From Eledone cirrhosa (taxonomy: Eukaryota), in assembly GCA_964016885.1 (NCBI GenBank), contig OZ024745.1:6448001-6512000 (forward strand): a stretch of DNA of 64,000 bases, in the 5' to 3' direction. Below, piece after piece: positions 18,001-36,000 of this stretch; the stretch's first letter is position 1, and every line of letters begins with the position of its first letter. The notes beneath the pieces were generated by a model that was not told the DNA's origin, did no database searches, and saw only the letters and a program-made list of their open reading frames with translations. Position numbers and translations under genes: made by a program.

Positions 18001-21000
18001 ACTGGCAGATATGTTATTATAATACTGTAAGATATAGTATTATATTACTGTCAGATATAGTATTATAATACTGTCAGATATAGTATTATAATACTGTCAG
18101 ATATAGTATTATAATACTGTCAGATATAGTATTATATTACTGTTAGATATAGTATTATAATACTGTCAGATATAATGTTATAATACTGTCAGATATAGTA
18201 TTATAATACTGTCAGATAGGGTATTATATTACTGTCAGATATATTATTATATTACTGACAGATATAGTATTGTATTGCTGTCAGATATAGAATTATAATA
18301 CTGTCAGATATAATGTTATAATACTGTCAGATATAGTATTATAATACTGTCAGATATAGTATTATAATACTGTCTGATATTGTATTATATCACTGTCAGA
18401 TATAGTATTATAATACTGTCAGATATAGTATTATAATACTGTCAGATATAGTATTATAATACTGTCAGATATAGTATTATATTACTGTTAGATATAGTAT
18501 TATAATACTGTCAGATATAATGTTATAATACTGTCAGATATAGTATTATAATACTGTCAGATATAGTATTATATTACTGTCAGATATATTATTATATTAC
18601 TGACAGATATAGTATTGTATTGCTGTCAGATATAGAATTATAATACTGTCAGATATAATGTTATAATACTGTCAGATATAGTATTATAATACTGTCAGAT
18701 ATAGTATTATATTATTGTCAGATATAGTATTATATTACTGTCAGATATAGTATTATATTACTGTCAGATATAGAATTATAATACTGTCTGATATAGTATT
18801 ATATTATTGTCAGATATAGTATTATTTTACTGTCAGATAAAGTATTATATTACTGTTAGATATAGTATTATAATACTGTCAGATATAGTATTATACTATT
18901 GTCAGATATAGTATTATATTACTGTCTGATATAGTATTAAAATACTGTCAGATACAGTATTATATTACTGTCAGATATAGTATTATAATACTGTCTGATA
19001 TTGTATTATATTACTGTTTGATATAGTATTATATTTCTGTCTGATATAGTATTATATTACTGTCAGATATAGTATTATAATACTGTCAGATATAGTATTA
19101 TAATACTGTGAGATATAGTATTATATTACTTTTAGATATAGTATTATATTACTGTCAGATATAGTATTATATTACTGTCAGATATAGTATTATAATACTG
19201 TCAGATATAGTATTATAATACTTCCCAGATATAGTATTATATTACTGTTAGATATAGTATTATATTACTGTCAGATATAGTATTATATTACTCTCAGATA
19301 TAGTATTATAATACTGTCAGATATAGTATTATAATACTGTCAGATATAGTATTATAATACTGTCAGATATAGTATTATAATTCTATCAGATATAGTATTA
19401 TATTACTGTCAGATATAGTATTATATTACTGTCAGATATAATATTATAATACTGTCAGATATAGTATTATAATACTGTCTGACAGTATTATATTTCTGTC
19501 AGATATAGTATTATATTACTGTCAGATATTGTATTATGTTACTGTCAGATATAGTATTATAATACTTCTCAGATATAGTATTATAATACTGTCTGACAGT
19601 ATTATATTACTGTCAGATATAGTATTAGATTACTGTTAGATATAGTGTTATAATACTGTCAGATATAGTATTATAATAGTGTCAGATATAGTATTATATT
19701 ACTGTCTGATATAGTATTATAATACTGTCAGATATAGTATTATATTACTGTCAGATATAGTATTATATTACTGTCTGATACAGTATTATAATACCGTCAG
19801 ATATAGTATTATATTACTGTCAGATATAGTATTATATTACTGTCTAATATAGTATTATATTACTGTCAGATATAGTATTATATTACTGTCAGATATAGTA
19901 TTATATTACTGTCAGATATAGTGTTATAATACTGTATGATAGAGTATTATAATACTGTCAGATATAGTATTATATTACTGTCAGATATAGTATTATATTA
20001 CTGTCTGATACAGTATTATAATACCGTCAGATATAGTATTATATTACTGTCAGATATAGTATTATAATACTGACAGATATTGTATTATATTACTGTCAGA
20101 TATAGTATTATAATACTTCTCAGATATAGTATTATATTACTGTCAGATATAGTATTATAATACTGTCTGACAGTATTATATTACTGTCAGATATAGTTTT
20201 ATATTACTGTCAGATATAGTATTATATTACTGTTAGATATATTATTATAATACTGTCAGATATAGTATTATAATACTGTCTGAGATAGTATTATAATACT
20301 GTCAGATATAGTATTATATTACTGTCAGATATAGTATTATATTACTGTCAGATATTGTATTATATTACTGTCAGATATAGTATTTTATTATTGTCAGATA
20401 CAGTATTATAATACTGTCAGATATAGTATTATAATACTGTCAGATATAGTATTATAATACTGTCAGATATAGTATTATATTACTGTTAGATATAATATTA
20501 TATTACTGTCTGATATAGTATTATATTACTGTCAGATATAGTATTATAATACTGTCAGATATAGTATTATATTACTGTCAGATATAGCATTATAATACTG
20601 TCAGATATATTATTATAATACTGTCAGATATAGTATTATATTACTGTCAGATATAGTATTATAATACTGTCAGATATAGTATTATAATACTGTCAGATAT
20701 AGTATTATAATACTGTCAGATATATTATTATAATACTGTCTGATATAGTATTATATTACAGTCAGATATAGTATTATAATACTGTCAGATATGATATTAT
20801 ATTACTGTCAGATATAGTATTATAATACTGTTAGATATAGTATTATATTACTGTCAGATATAGTATTATAATACTGTCAGATATAATATTATAATACTGT
20901 CAGATATAGAATTATAATACTGTCTGATATCGTATTATATTAATGTCAGATATAGTATTATAATACTCTCAGATATAGTATTATAATACTGTCAGATATA

Positions 21001-24000
21001 GTAGTATATTACTGTTAGATATAGTATTATAATACTGTCAGATATAGTATTATAATACTGTCATTATATAGTATTATGTTACTGTTAGATATAGTATTAT
21101 ATTACTGTCAGATATAGTATTATATTACTGTCATATATTGTATTATATTACTGTCAGATATAGTATTATAATACTTCTCAGATATAGTATTATAATACTG
21201 TCTGACAGTATTATAATACTGTCTGACAGTATTATAATACTCTCAGATATAGTATTATAACACTGTCAGATATAGTGTTATAATACTGTCAGATATAGTA
21301 TTATAATACTGTCAGATATAGTATTATAATTCTCTCAGATATATTATTATAATACTGTCATATATAGTATTATATTACTGTCAGATATAGTATTATAATA
21401 CTGTCAGATATAGTATTATATTACTGTCAGATATAGTATTATATTACTGTCAGATATAGTATTATAATACTGTCAGATATTGTATTATATCACTGTCAGA
21501 AATAGTATTATAATACTGTCAGTGATAGTATTATATTACTGTCAGATATAGTATTATAATACTGTCAGATATTGTATTATATCACTGTCAGATATAGTAT
21601 TATAATACTGTCAGATATAGTATTATATTACTGTCAGATATAGTATTATAATACTGTCAGATATAATATTATAATACTGTCAGATATAGAATTATAATAC
21701 TGTCTGATATAGTATTATATTATTGTCAGATATAGTATTATAATACTCTCAGATATAGTATTATAATACTGTCAGATATAGTATTATATTACTGTTAGAT
21801 ATAGTATTATATTACTGTCTGATATTGTATTATATTACTGTCAGATATAGTATTATAATACTGTCAGATATAGTATTATAATACTGTCAGATATAGTATT
21901 ATGCTACTGTTAGATATAGTATTATATTACTGTCAGATATAGTATTATAATACTGTCAGATATAGTATTATAATACCGTCAGATATAGTATTATAATACT
22001 GTGACATAGAGTATTATATTACTGTCAGATATAGTATTATAATACTGTCTGATAGAGTATTATAATACTGTCTGACAGTATTATATTTCTGTCAGATATA
22101 GTATTATATTACTGTCAGATATAGTATTATAATACTTCTCAGATATAGTATTATAATACTGTCTGACAGTATTATAATACTGTCTGACAGTATTATAATA
22201 CTGTCAGATATAGTATTTCAACACTGTCAGATATAGTATTATAATACTGTCAGATATAGTATTATAATACTGTCAGATATAGTATCATATTACTGTTAGA
22301 TATAGTATTATAATACTGTCAGATATAGTATTATATTACTGTTAGATATACTATTATAAACTGTCAGATATAGTATTATAATACTGTCAGTTATAGTATT
22401 ATAACACTGTCAGATATAGTATTATAATACTGTCAGATATAGTATTATAATTCTGTCAGATATATTATTATAATACTGTCATATATAGTATTATATTACT
22501 GTCAGATATAGTATTATAATACTGTCAGATATAGTATTATATTACTGTCAGATATAGTATTATATTACTGTCAGATATAGTATTATAATACTGTCAGATA
22601 TTGTATCATATCACTGTCAGAAATAGTATTATAATACTGTCAGTTATAGTATTATATTACTGTCAGATATAGTATTATAATACTGTCAGATATTGTATTA
22701 TATCACTGTCAGATATAGTATTATAATACTGTCAGATATAGTATTATATTACTGTCAGATATAGTATTATATTACTGTCAGATATAGTATTATAATACTG
22801 TCTGATATTGTATTATATCACTGTCAGATATAGTATTATATTACTGTCAGATATAGTATTATATTACTGTCAGATATAGTATTAATTTACTGTCAGATAT
22901 AGTATTATAATACTGTCTGATATTGTATTATATCACTGTCAGATATAGTATTATATTACTCTCTGATATAGTATTATATCACTGTCAGATAAAGTATTAT
23001 AATACTGTCAGATATAGTATTATAATACTGTCAGATATAGTATTATAATACTGTCAGATATGTTATTATAATACTGTAAGATATACTATTATATTACTGT
23101 CAGATATAGTATTATAATACTGTCAGATATAGTATTATAATACTGTCAGATATAGTATTATAATACTGTCAGATATAGTATTATATTACTGTTAGATATA
23201 GTATTATAATACTGTCAGATATAATGTTATAATACTGTCAGATATAGTATTATAATACTGTCAGATATAGTATTATATTATTGTCAGATATAGTATTATA
23301 ATACTGTCTTATATAGTATTATAATATTGTCAGATATAGTATTATAATACTGTCAGATATAGTATTATATTACTGTCAGATATAGAATTATAATACTGTC
23401 TGATATTATATTATATTATTGTCAGATATAGTATTATATTACTGTCAGATAAAGTATTATAATACTGTTAGATATAGTATTATAATACTGTCAGATATAG
23501 TATTATATTATTGTCAGATATAGTATTATATTACTGTCTGATATAGTATTAAAATACTGTCAGATACAGTATTATATTACTGTCAGATATAGTATTATAA
23601 TACTGTCTGATATTGTATTATATTACTGTTTGATATAGTATTATATTTCTGTCTGATATAGTATTATATTACTGTCAGATATAGTACTATAATACTGTCA
23701 GATATAGTATTATAATACTGTCAGATATAGTATTATATACTTTTAGATATAGTATTATATTACTGTCAGATATAGTATTATAATACTGTCAGATATGATA
23801 TTATATTACTGTCAGATATAGTATTATAATACTGTTAGATATAGTATTATATTACTGTCAGATATAGTATTATAATACTGTCAGATATAATATTATAATA
23901 CTGTCAGATATAGAATTATAATACTGTCTGATATCGTATTATATTAATGTCAGATATAGTATTATAATACTCTCAGATATAGTATTATAATACTGTCAGA

Positions 24001-27000
24001 TATAATGTTATAATACTGTCAGATATAGTATTATAATACTGTCAGATAGGGTATTATATTACTGTCAGATATATTATTATATTACTGACAGATATAGTAT
24101 TGTATTGCTGTCAGATATAGAATTATAATACTGTCAGATATAATGTTATAATACTGTCAGATATAGTATTATAATACTGTCAGATATAGTATTATAATAC
24201 TGTCTGATATTGTATTATATCACTGTCAGATATAGTATTATAATACTGTCAGATATAGTATTATAATACTGTCAGATATAGTATTATAATACTGTCAGAT
24301 ATAGTATTATATTACTGTTAGATATAGTATTATAATACTGTCAGATATAATGTTATAATACTGTCAGATATAGTATTATAATACTGTCAGATATAGTATT
24401 ATATTACTGTCAGATATATTATTATATTACTGACAGATATAGTATTGTATTGCTGTCAGATATAGAATTATAATACTGTCAGATATAATGTTATAATACT
24501 GTCAGATATAGTATTATAATACTGTCAGATATAGTATTATATTATTGTCAGATATAGTATTATATTACTGTCAGATATAGTATTATATTACTGTCAGATA
24601 TAGAATTATAATACTGTCTGATATAGTATTATATTATTGTCAGATATAGTATTATTTTACTGTCAGATAAAGTATTATATTACTGTTAGATATAGTATTA
24701 TAATACTGTCAGATATAGTATTATACTATTGTCAGATATAGTATTATATTACTGTCTGATATAGTATTAAAATACTGTCAGATACAGTATTATATTACTG
24801 TCAGATATAGTATTATAATACTGTCTGATATTGTATTATATTACTGTTTGATATAGTATTATATTTCTGTCTGATATAGTATTATATTACTGTCAGATAT
24901 AGTATTATAATACTGTCAGATATAGTATTATAATACTGTGAGATATAGTATTATATTACTTTTAGATATAGTATTATATTACTGTCAGATATAGTATTAT
25001 ATTACTGTCAGATATAGTATTATAATACTGTCAGATATAGTATTATAATACTTCCCAGATATAGTATTATATTACTGTTAGATATAGTATTATATTACTG
25101 TCAGATATAGTATTATATTACTCTCAGATATAGTATTATAATACTGTCAGATATAGTATTATAATACTGTCAGATATAGTATTATAATACTGTCAGATAT
25201 AGTATTATAATTCTATCAGATATAGTATTATATTACTGTCAGATATAGTATTATATTACTGTCAGATATAATATTATAATACTGTCAGATATAGTATTAT
25301 AATACTGTCTGACAGTATTATATTTCTGTCAGATATAGTATTATATTACTGTCAGATATTGTATTATGTTACTGTCAGATATAGTATTATAATACTTCTC
25401 AGATATAGTATTATAATACTGTCTGACAGTATTATATTACTGTCAGATATAGTATTAGATTACTGTTAGATATAGTGTTATAATACTGTCAGATATAGTA
25501 TTATAATAGTGTCAGATATAGTATTATATTACTGTCTGATATAGTATTATAATACTGTCAGATATAGTATTATATTACTGTCAGATATAGTATTATATTA
25601 CTGTCTGATACAGTATTATAATACCGTCAGATATAGTATTATATTACTGTCAGATATAGTATTATATTACTGTCTAATATAGTATTATATTACTGTCAGA
25701 TATAGTATTATATTACTGTCAGATATAGTATTATATTACTGTCAGATATAGTGTTATAATACTGTATGATAGAGTATTATAATACTGTCAGATATAGTAT
25801 TATATTACTGTCAGATATAGTATTATATTACTGTCTGATACAGTATTATAATACCGTCAGATATAGTATTATATTACTGTCAGATATAGTATTATAATAC
25901 TGACAGATATTGTATTATATTACTGTCAGATATAGTATTATAATACTTCTCAGATATAGTATTATATTACTGTCAGATATAGTATTATAATACTGTCTGA
26001 CAGTATTATATTACTGTCAGATATAGTTTTATATTACTGTCAGATATAGTATTATATTACTGTTAGATATATTATTATAATACTGTCAGATATAGTATTA
26101 TAATACTGTCTGAGATAGTATTATAATACTGTCAGATATAGTATTATATTACTGTCAGATATAGTATTATATTACTGTCAGATATTGTATTATATTACTG
26201 TCAGATATAGTATTTTATTATTGTCAGATACAGTATTATAATACTGTCAGATATAGTATTATAATACTGTCAGATATAGTATTATAATACTGTCAGATAT
26301 AGTATTATATTACTGTTAGATATAATATTATATTACTGTCTGATATAGTATTATATTACTGTCAGATATAGTATTATAATACTGTCAGATATAGTATTAT
26401 ATTACTGTCAGATATAGCATTATAATACTGTCAGATATATTATTATAATACTGTCAGATATAGTATTATATTACTGTCAGATATAGTATTATAATACTGT
26501 CAGATATAGTATTATAATACTGTCAGATATAGTATTATAATACTGTCAGATATATTATTATAATACTGTCTGATATAGTATTATATTACAGTCAGATATA
26601 GTATTATAATACTGTCAGATATGATATTATATTACTGTCAGATATAGTATTATAATACTGTTAGATATAGTATTATATTACTGTCAGATATAGTATTATA
26701 ATACTGTCAGATATAATATTATAATACTGTCAGATATAGAATTATAATACTGTCTGATATCGTATTATATTAATGTCAGATATAGTATTATAATACTCTC
26801 AGATATAGTATTATAATACTGTCAGATATAGTAGTATATTACTGTTAGATATAGTATTATAATACTGTCAGATATAGTATTATAATACTGTCATTATATA
26901 GTATTATGTTACTGTTAGATATAGTATTATATTACTGTCAGATATAGTATTATATTACTGTCATATATTGTATTATATTACTGTCAGATATAGTATTATA

Positions 27001-30000
27001 ATACTTCTCAGATATAGTATTATAATACTGTCTGACAGTATTATAATACTGTCTGACAGTATTATAATACTCTCAGATATAGTATTATAACACTGTCAGA
27101 TATAGTGTTATAATACTGTCAGATATAGTATTATAATACTGTCAGATATAGTATTATAATTCTCTCAGATATATTATTATAATACTGTCATATATAGTAT
27201 TATATTACTGTCAGATATAGTATTATAATACTGTCAGATATAGTATTATATTACTGTCAGATATAGTATTATATTACTGTCAGATATAGTATTATAATAC
27301 TGTCAGATATTGTATTATATCACTGTCAGAAATAGTATTATAATACTGTCAGTGATAGTATTATATTACTGTCAGATATAGTATTATAATACTGTCAGAT
27401 ATTGTATTATATCACTGTCAGATATAGTATTATAATACTGTCAGATATAGTATTATATTACTGTCAGATATAGTATTATAATACTGTCAGATATAATATT
27501 ATAATACTGTCAGATATAGAATTATAATACTGTCTGATATAGTATTATATTATTGTCAGATATAGTATTATAATACTCTCAGATATAGTATTATAATACT
27601 GTCAGATATAGTATTATATTACTGTTAGATATAGTATTATATTACTGTCTGATATTGTATTATATTACTGTCAGATATAGTATTATAATACTGTCAGATA
27701 TAGTATTATAATACTGTCAGATATAGTATTATGCTACTGTTAGATATAGTATTATATTACTGTCAGATATAGTATTATAATACTGTCAGATATAGTATTA
27801 TAATACCGTCAGATATAGTATTATAATACTGTGACATAGAGTATTATATTACTGTCAGATATAGTATTATAATACTGTCTGATAGAGTATTATAATACTG
27901 TCTGACAGTATTATATTTCTGTCAGATATAGTATTATATTACTGTCAGATATAGTATTATAATACTTCTCAGATATAGTATTATAATACTGTCTGACAGT
28001 ATTATAATACTGTCTGACAGTATTATAATACTGTCAGATATAGTATTTCAACACTGTCAGATATAGTATTATAATACTGTCAGATATAGTATTATAATAC
28101 TGTCAGATATAGTATCATATTACTGTTAGATATAGTATTATAATACTGTCAGATATAGTATTATATTACTGTTAGATATACTATTATAAACTGTCAGATA
28201 TAGTATTATAATACTGTCAGTTATAGTATTATAACACTGTCAGATATAGTATTATAATACTGTCAGATATAGTATTATAATTCTGTCAGATATATTATTA
28301 TAATACTGTCATATATAGTATTATATTACTGTCAGATATAGTATTATAATACTGTCAGATATAGTATTATATTACTGTCAGATATAGTATTATATTACTG
28401 TCAGATATAGTATTATAATACTGTCAGATATTGTATCATATCACTGTCAGAAATAGTATTATAATACTGTCAGTTATAGTATTATATTACTGTCAGATAT
28501 AGTATTATAATACTGTCAGATATTGTATTATATCACTGTCAGATATAGTATTATAATACTGTCAGATATAGTATTATATTACTGTCAGATATAGTATTAT
28601 ATTACTGTCAGATATAGTATTATAATACTGTCTGATATTGTATTATATCACTGTCAGATATAGTATTATATTACTGTCAGATATAGTATTATATTACTGT
28701 CAGATATAGTATTAATTTACTGTCAGATATAGTATTATAATACTGTCTGATATTGTATTATATCACTGTCAGATATAGTATTATATTACTCTCTGATATA
28801 GTATTATATCACTGTCAGATAAAGTATTATAATACTGTCAGATATAGTATTATAATACTGTCAGATATAGTATTATAATACTGTCAGATATGTTATTATA
28901 ATACTGTAAGATATACTATTATATTACTGTCAGATATAGTATTATAATACTGTCAGATATAGTATTATAATACTGTCAGATATAGTATTATAATACTGTC
29001 AGATATAGTATTATATTACTGTTAGATATAGTATTATAATACTGTCAGATATAATGTTATAATACTGTCAGATATAGTATTATAATACTGTCAGATATAG
29101 TATTATATTATTGTCAGATATAGTATTATAATACTGTCTTATATAGTATTATAATATTGTCAGATATAGTATTATAATACTGTCAGATATAGTATTATAT
29201 TACTGTCAGATATAGAATTATAATACTGTCTGATATTATATTATATTATTGTCAGATATAGTATTATATTACTGTCAGATAAAGTATTATAATACTGTTA
29301 GATATAGTATTATAATACTGTCAGATATAGTATTATATTATTGTCAGATATAGTATTATATTACTGTCTGATATAGTATTAAAATACTGTCAGATACAGT
29401 ATTATATTACTGTCAGATATAGTATTATAATACTGTCTGATATTGTATTATATTACTGTTTGATATAGTATTATATTTCTGTCTGATATAGTATTATATT
29501 ACTGTCAGATATAGTACTATAATACTGTCAGATATAGTATTATAATACTGTCAGATATAGTATTATATACTTTTAGATATAGTATTATATTACTGTCAGA
29601 TATAGTATTATATTACTGTCAGATATAGTATTATAATACTGTCTGACAGTACTATATTACTGTCAGATAAAGTATTATATTACTGTCAGATATAGTGTTA
29701 TAATACTGTAAGATATAGTATTATATTACTGTCAGATATAGTGTGATAATACTGTCTGATATAGTATTATAATACTGTCAGATATAGTATTATAATACTG
29801 TCAGATATAGTATTATATTACTGTCAGATATAGTGTGATAATACTGTCTGATATAGTATTATAATACTGTCAGATTTTGTATTATATTACTGTCAGATAT
29901 AGTATTATAATACTTCTCAGATATAGTATTATATTACTGTTAGATATAGTATTATAATACTGTCAGATATTGTATTATATTACTGTCAGATATAGTATTA

Positions 30001-33000
30001 TAATATTTCTCAGATATAGTATTATATTACTGTCAGATATAGTATTATAATACTGTCTAACAGTATTATATTACTGTCAGATATAGTATTATATTACTGT
30101 CAGATATAGTGTTATAATACTGTCTGATATAGTATTATAATACTGTCAGTTATAGTATTATATTACTGTCAGATATAGTATTATATTACTGTCAGATATA
30201 GTATTATAATACTGTCAGATATAGTATTATAATACTGTCAGATATAGTATTATATTACTGTCAGATATAGTATTATAATACTGTCTGATATTGTATTATA
30301 TCACTGTCAGATATAGTATTATAATACTCTCAGTTATAGTATTATATCACTGTCAGATATAGTATTATATTACTGTCTGATATAGTATTATATCACTGTC
30401 AGATAAAGTATTATAATACTGTCAGATATAGTATTATAATACTCTCAGATATAGTATTATAATACTGGCAGATATGTTATTATAATACTGTAAGATATAG
30501 TATTATATTACTGTCAGATATAGTATTATAATACTGTCAGATATAGTATTATAATACTGTCAGATATAGTATTATAATACTGTCAGATATAGTATTATAT
30601 TACTGTTAGATATAGTATTATAATACTGTCAGATATAATGTTATAATACTGTCAGATATAGTATTATAATACTGTCAGATAGGGTATTATATTACTGTCA
30701 GATATATTATTATATTACTGACAGATATAGTATTGTATTGCTGTCAGATATAGAATTATAATACTGTCAGATATAATGTTATAATACTGTCAGATATAGT
30801 ATTATAATACTGTCAGATATAGTATTATAATACTGTCTGATATTGTATTATATCACTGTCAGATATAGTATTATAATACTGTCAGATATAGTATTATAAT
30901 ACTGTCAGATATAGTATTATAATACTGTCAGATATAGTATTATATTACTGTCAGATATAGTATTATATTACTGTCTGATACAGTATTATAATACCGTCAG
31001 ATATAGTATTATATTACTGTCAGATATAGTATTATATTACTGTCTAATATAGTATTATATTACTGTCAGATATAGTATTATATTACTGTCAGATATAGTA
31101 TTATATTACTGTCAGATATAGTGTTATAATACTGTATGATAGAGTATTATAATACTGTCAGATATAGTATTATATTACTGTCAGATATAGTATTATATTA
31201 CTGTCTGATACAGTATTATAATACCGTCAGATATAGTATTATATTACTGTCAGATATAGTATTATAATACTGACAGATATTGTATTATATTACTGTCAGA
31301 TATAGTATTATAATACTTCTCAGATATAGTATTATATTACTGTCAGATATAGTATTATAATACTGTCTGACAGTATTATATTACTGTCAGATATAGTTTT
31401 ATATTACTGTCAGATATAGTATTATATTACTGTTAGATATATTATTATAATACTGTCAGATATAGTATTATAATACTGTCTGAGATAGTATTATAATACT
31501 GTCAGATATAGTATTATATTACTGTCAGATATAGTATTATATTACTGTCAGATATTGTATTATATTACTGTCAGATATAGTATTTTATTATTGTCAGATA
31601 CAGTATTATAATACTGTCAGATATAGTATTATAATACTGTCAGATATAGTATTATAATACTGTCAGATATAGTATTATATTACTGTTAGATATAATATTA
31701 TATTACTGTCTGATATAGTATTATATTACTGTCAGATATAGTATTATAATACTGTCAGATATAGTATTATATTACTGTCAGATATAGCATTATAATACTG
31801 TCAGATATATTATTATAATACTGTCAGATATAGTATTATATTACTGTCAGATATAGTATTATAATACTGTCAGATATAGTATTATAATACTGTCAGATAT
31901 AGTATTATAATACTGTCAGATATATTATTATAATACTGTCTGATATAGTATTATATTACAGTCAGATATAGTATTATAATACTGTCAGATATGATATTAT
32001 ATTACTGTCAGATATAGTATTATAATACTGTTAGATATAGTATTATATTACTGTCAGATATAGTATTATAATACTGTCAGATATAATATTATAATACTGT
32101 CAGATATAGAATTATAATACTGTCTGATATCGTATTATATTAATGTCAGATATAGTATTATAATACTCTCAGATATAGTATTATAATACTGTCAGATATA
32201 GTAGTATATTACTGTTAGATATAGTATTATAATACTGTCAGATATAGTATTATAATACTGTCATTATATAGTATTATGTTACTGTTAGATATAGTATTAT
32301 ATTACTGTCAGATATAGTATTATATTACTGTCATATATTGTATTATATTACTGTCAGATATAGTATTATAATACTTCTCAGATATAGTATTATAATACTG
32401 TCTGACAGTATTATAATACTGTCTGACAGTATTATAATACTCTCAGATATAGTATTATAACACTGTCAGATATAGTGTTATAATACTGTCAGATATAGTA
32501 TTATAATACTGTCAGATATAGTATTATAATTCTCTCAGATATATTATTATAATACTGTCATATATAGTATTATATTACTGTCAGATATAGTATTATAATA
32601 CTGTCAGATATAGTATTATATTACTGTCAGATATAGTATTATATTACTGTCAGATATAGTATTATAATACTGTCAGATATTGTATTATATCACTGTCAGA
32701 AATAGTATTATAATACTGTCAGTGATAGTATTATATTACTGTCAGATATAGTATTATAATACTGTCAGATATTGTATTATATCACTGTCAGATATAGTAT
32801 TATAATACTGTCAGATATAGTATTATATTACTGTCAGATATAGTATTATAATACTGTCAGATATAATATTATAATACTGTCAGATATAGAATTATAATAC
32901 TGTCTGATATAGTATTATATTATTGTCAGATATAGTATTATAATACTCTCAGATATAGTATTATAATACTGTCAGATATAGTATTATATTACTGTTAGAT

Positions 33001-36000
33001 ATAGTATTATATTACTGTCTGATATTGTATTATATTACTGTCAGATATAGTATTATAATACTGTCAGATATAGTATTATAATACTGTCAGATATAGTATT
33101 ATGCTACTGTTAGATATAGTATTATATTACTGTCAGATATAGTATTATAATACTGTCAGATATAGTATTATAATACCGTCAGATATAGTATTATAATACT
33201 GTGACATAGAGTATTATATTACTGTCAGATATAGTATTATAATACTGTCTGATAGAGTACTATAATACTGTCTGACAGTATTATATTTCTGTCAGATATA
33301 GTATTATATTACTGTCAGATATAGTATTATAATACTTCTCAGATATAGTATTATAATACTGTCTGACAGTATTATAATACTGTCTGACAGTATTATAATA
33401 CTGTCAGATATAGTATTTTAACACTGTCAGATATAGTATTATAATACTGTCAGATATAGTATTATAATACTGTCAGATATAGTATCATATTACTGTTAGA
33501 TATAGTATTATAATACTGTCAGATATAGTATTATATTACTGTTAGATATACTATTATAAACTGTCAGATATAGTATTATAATACTGTCAGTTATAGTATT
33601 ATAACACTGTCAGATATAGTATTATAATACTGTCAGATATAGTATTATAATTCTGTCAGATATATTATTATAATACTGTCATATATAGTATTATATTACT
33701 GTCAGATATAGTATTATAATACTGTCAGATATAGTATTATATTACTGTCAGATATAGTATTATATTACTGTCAGATATAGTATTATAATACTGTCAGATA
33801 TTGTATCATATCACTGTCAGAAATAGTATTATAATACTGTCAGTTATAGTATTATATTACTGTCAGATATAGTATTATAATACTGTCAGATATTGTATTA
33901 TATCACTGTCAGATATAGTATTATAATACTGTCAGATATAGTATTATATTACTGTCAGATATAGTATTATATTACTGTCAGATATAGTATTATAATACTG
34001 TCTGATATTGTATTATATCACTGTCAGATATAGTATTATATTACTGTCAGATATAGTATTATATTACTGTCAGATATAGTATTAATTTACTGTCAGATAT
34101 AGTATTATAATACTGTCTGATATTGTATTATATCACTGTCAGATATAGTATTATATTACTCTCTGATATAGTATTATATCACTGTCAGATAAAGTATTAT
34201 AATACTGTCAGATATAGTATTATAATACTGTCAGATATAGTATTATAATACTGTCAGATATGTTATTATAATACTGTAAGGTATACTATTATATTACTGT
34301 CAGATATAGTATTATAATACTGTCAGATATAGTATTATAATACTGTCAGATATAGTATTATAATACTGTCAGATATAGTATTATATTACTGTTAGATATA
34401 GTATTATAATACTGTCAGATATAATGTTATAATACTGTCAGATATAGTATTATAATACTGTCAGATATAGTATTATATTATTGTCAGATATAGTATTATA
34501 ATACTGTCTTATATAGTATTATAATATTGTCAGATATAGTATTATAATACTGTCAGATATAGTATTATATTACTGTCAGATATAGAATTATAATACTGTC
34601 TGATATTATATTATATTATTGTCAGATATAGTATTATATTACTGTCAGATAAAGTATTATAATACTGTTAGATATAGTATTATAATACTGTCAGATATAG
34701 TATTATATTATTGTCAGATATAGTATTATATTACTGTCTGATATAGTATTAAAATACTGTCAGATACAGTATTATATTACTGTCAGATATAGTATTATAA
34801 TACTGTCTGATATTGTATTATATTACTGTTTGATATAGTATTATATTTCTGTCTGATATAGTATTATATTACTGTCAGATATAGTACTATAATACTGTCA
34901 GATATAGTATTATAATACTGTCAGATATAGTATTATATACTTTTAGATATAGTATTATATTACTGTCAGATATAGTATTATATTACTGTCAGATATAGTA
35001 TTATAATACTGTCTGACAGTACTATATTACTGTCAGATAAAGTATTATATTACTGTCAGATATAGTGTTATAATACTGTAAGATATAGTATTATATTACT
35101 GTCAGATATAGTGTGATAATACTGTCTGATATAGTATTATAATACTGTCAGATATAGTATTATAATACTGTCAGATATAGTATTATATTACTGTCAGATA
35201 TAGTGTGATAATACTGTCTGATATAGTATTATAATACTGTCAGATTTTGTATTATATTACTGTCAGATATAGTATTATAATACTTCTCAGATATAGTATT
35301 ATATTACTGTTAGATATAGTATTATAATACTGTCAGATATTGTATTATATTACTGTCAGATATAGTATTATAATATTTCTCAGATATAGTATTATATTAC
35401 TGTCAGATATAGTATTATAATACTGTCTAACAGTATTATATTACTGTCAGATATAGTATTATATTACTGTCAGATATAGTGTTATAATACTGTCTGATAT
35501 AGTATTATAATACTGTCAGTTATAGTATTATATTACTGTCAGATATAGTATTATATTACTGTCAGATATAGTATTATAATACTGTCAGATATAGTATTAT
35601 AATACTGTCAGATATAGTATTATATTACTGTCAGATATAGTATTATAATACTGTCTGATATTGTATTATATCACTGTCAGATATAGTATTATAATACTCT
35701 CAGTTATAGTATTATATCACTGTCAGATATAGTATTATATTACTGTCTGATATAGTATTATATCACTGTCAGATAAAGTATTATAATACTGTCAGATATA
35801 GTATTATAATACTCTCAGATATAGTATTATAATACTGGCAGATATGTTATTATAATACTGTAAGATATAGTATTATATTACTGTCAGATATAGTATTATA
35901 ATACTGTCAGATATAGTATTATAATACTGTCAGATATAGTATTATAATACTGTCAGATATAGTATTATATTACTGTTAGATATAGTATTATAATACTGTC

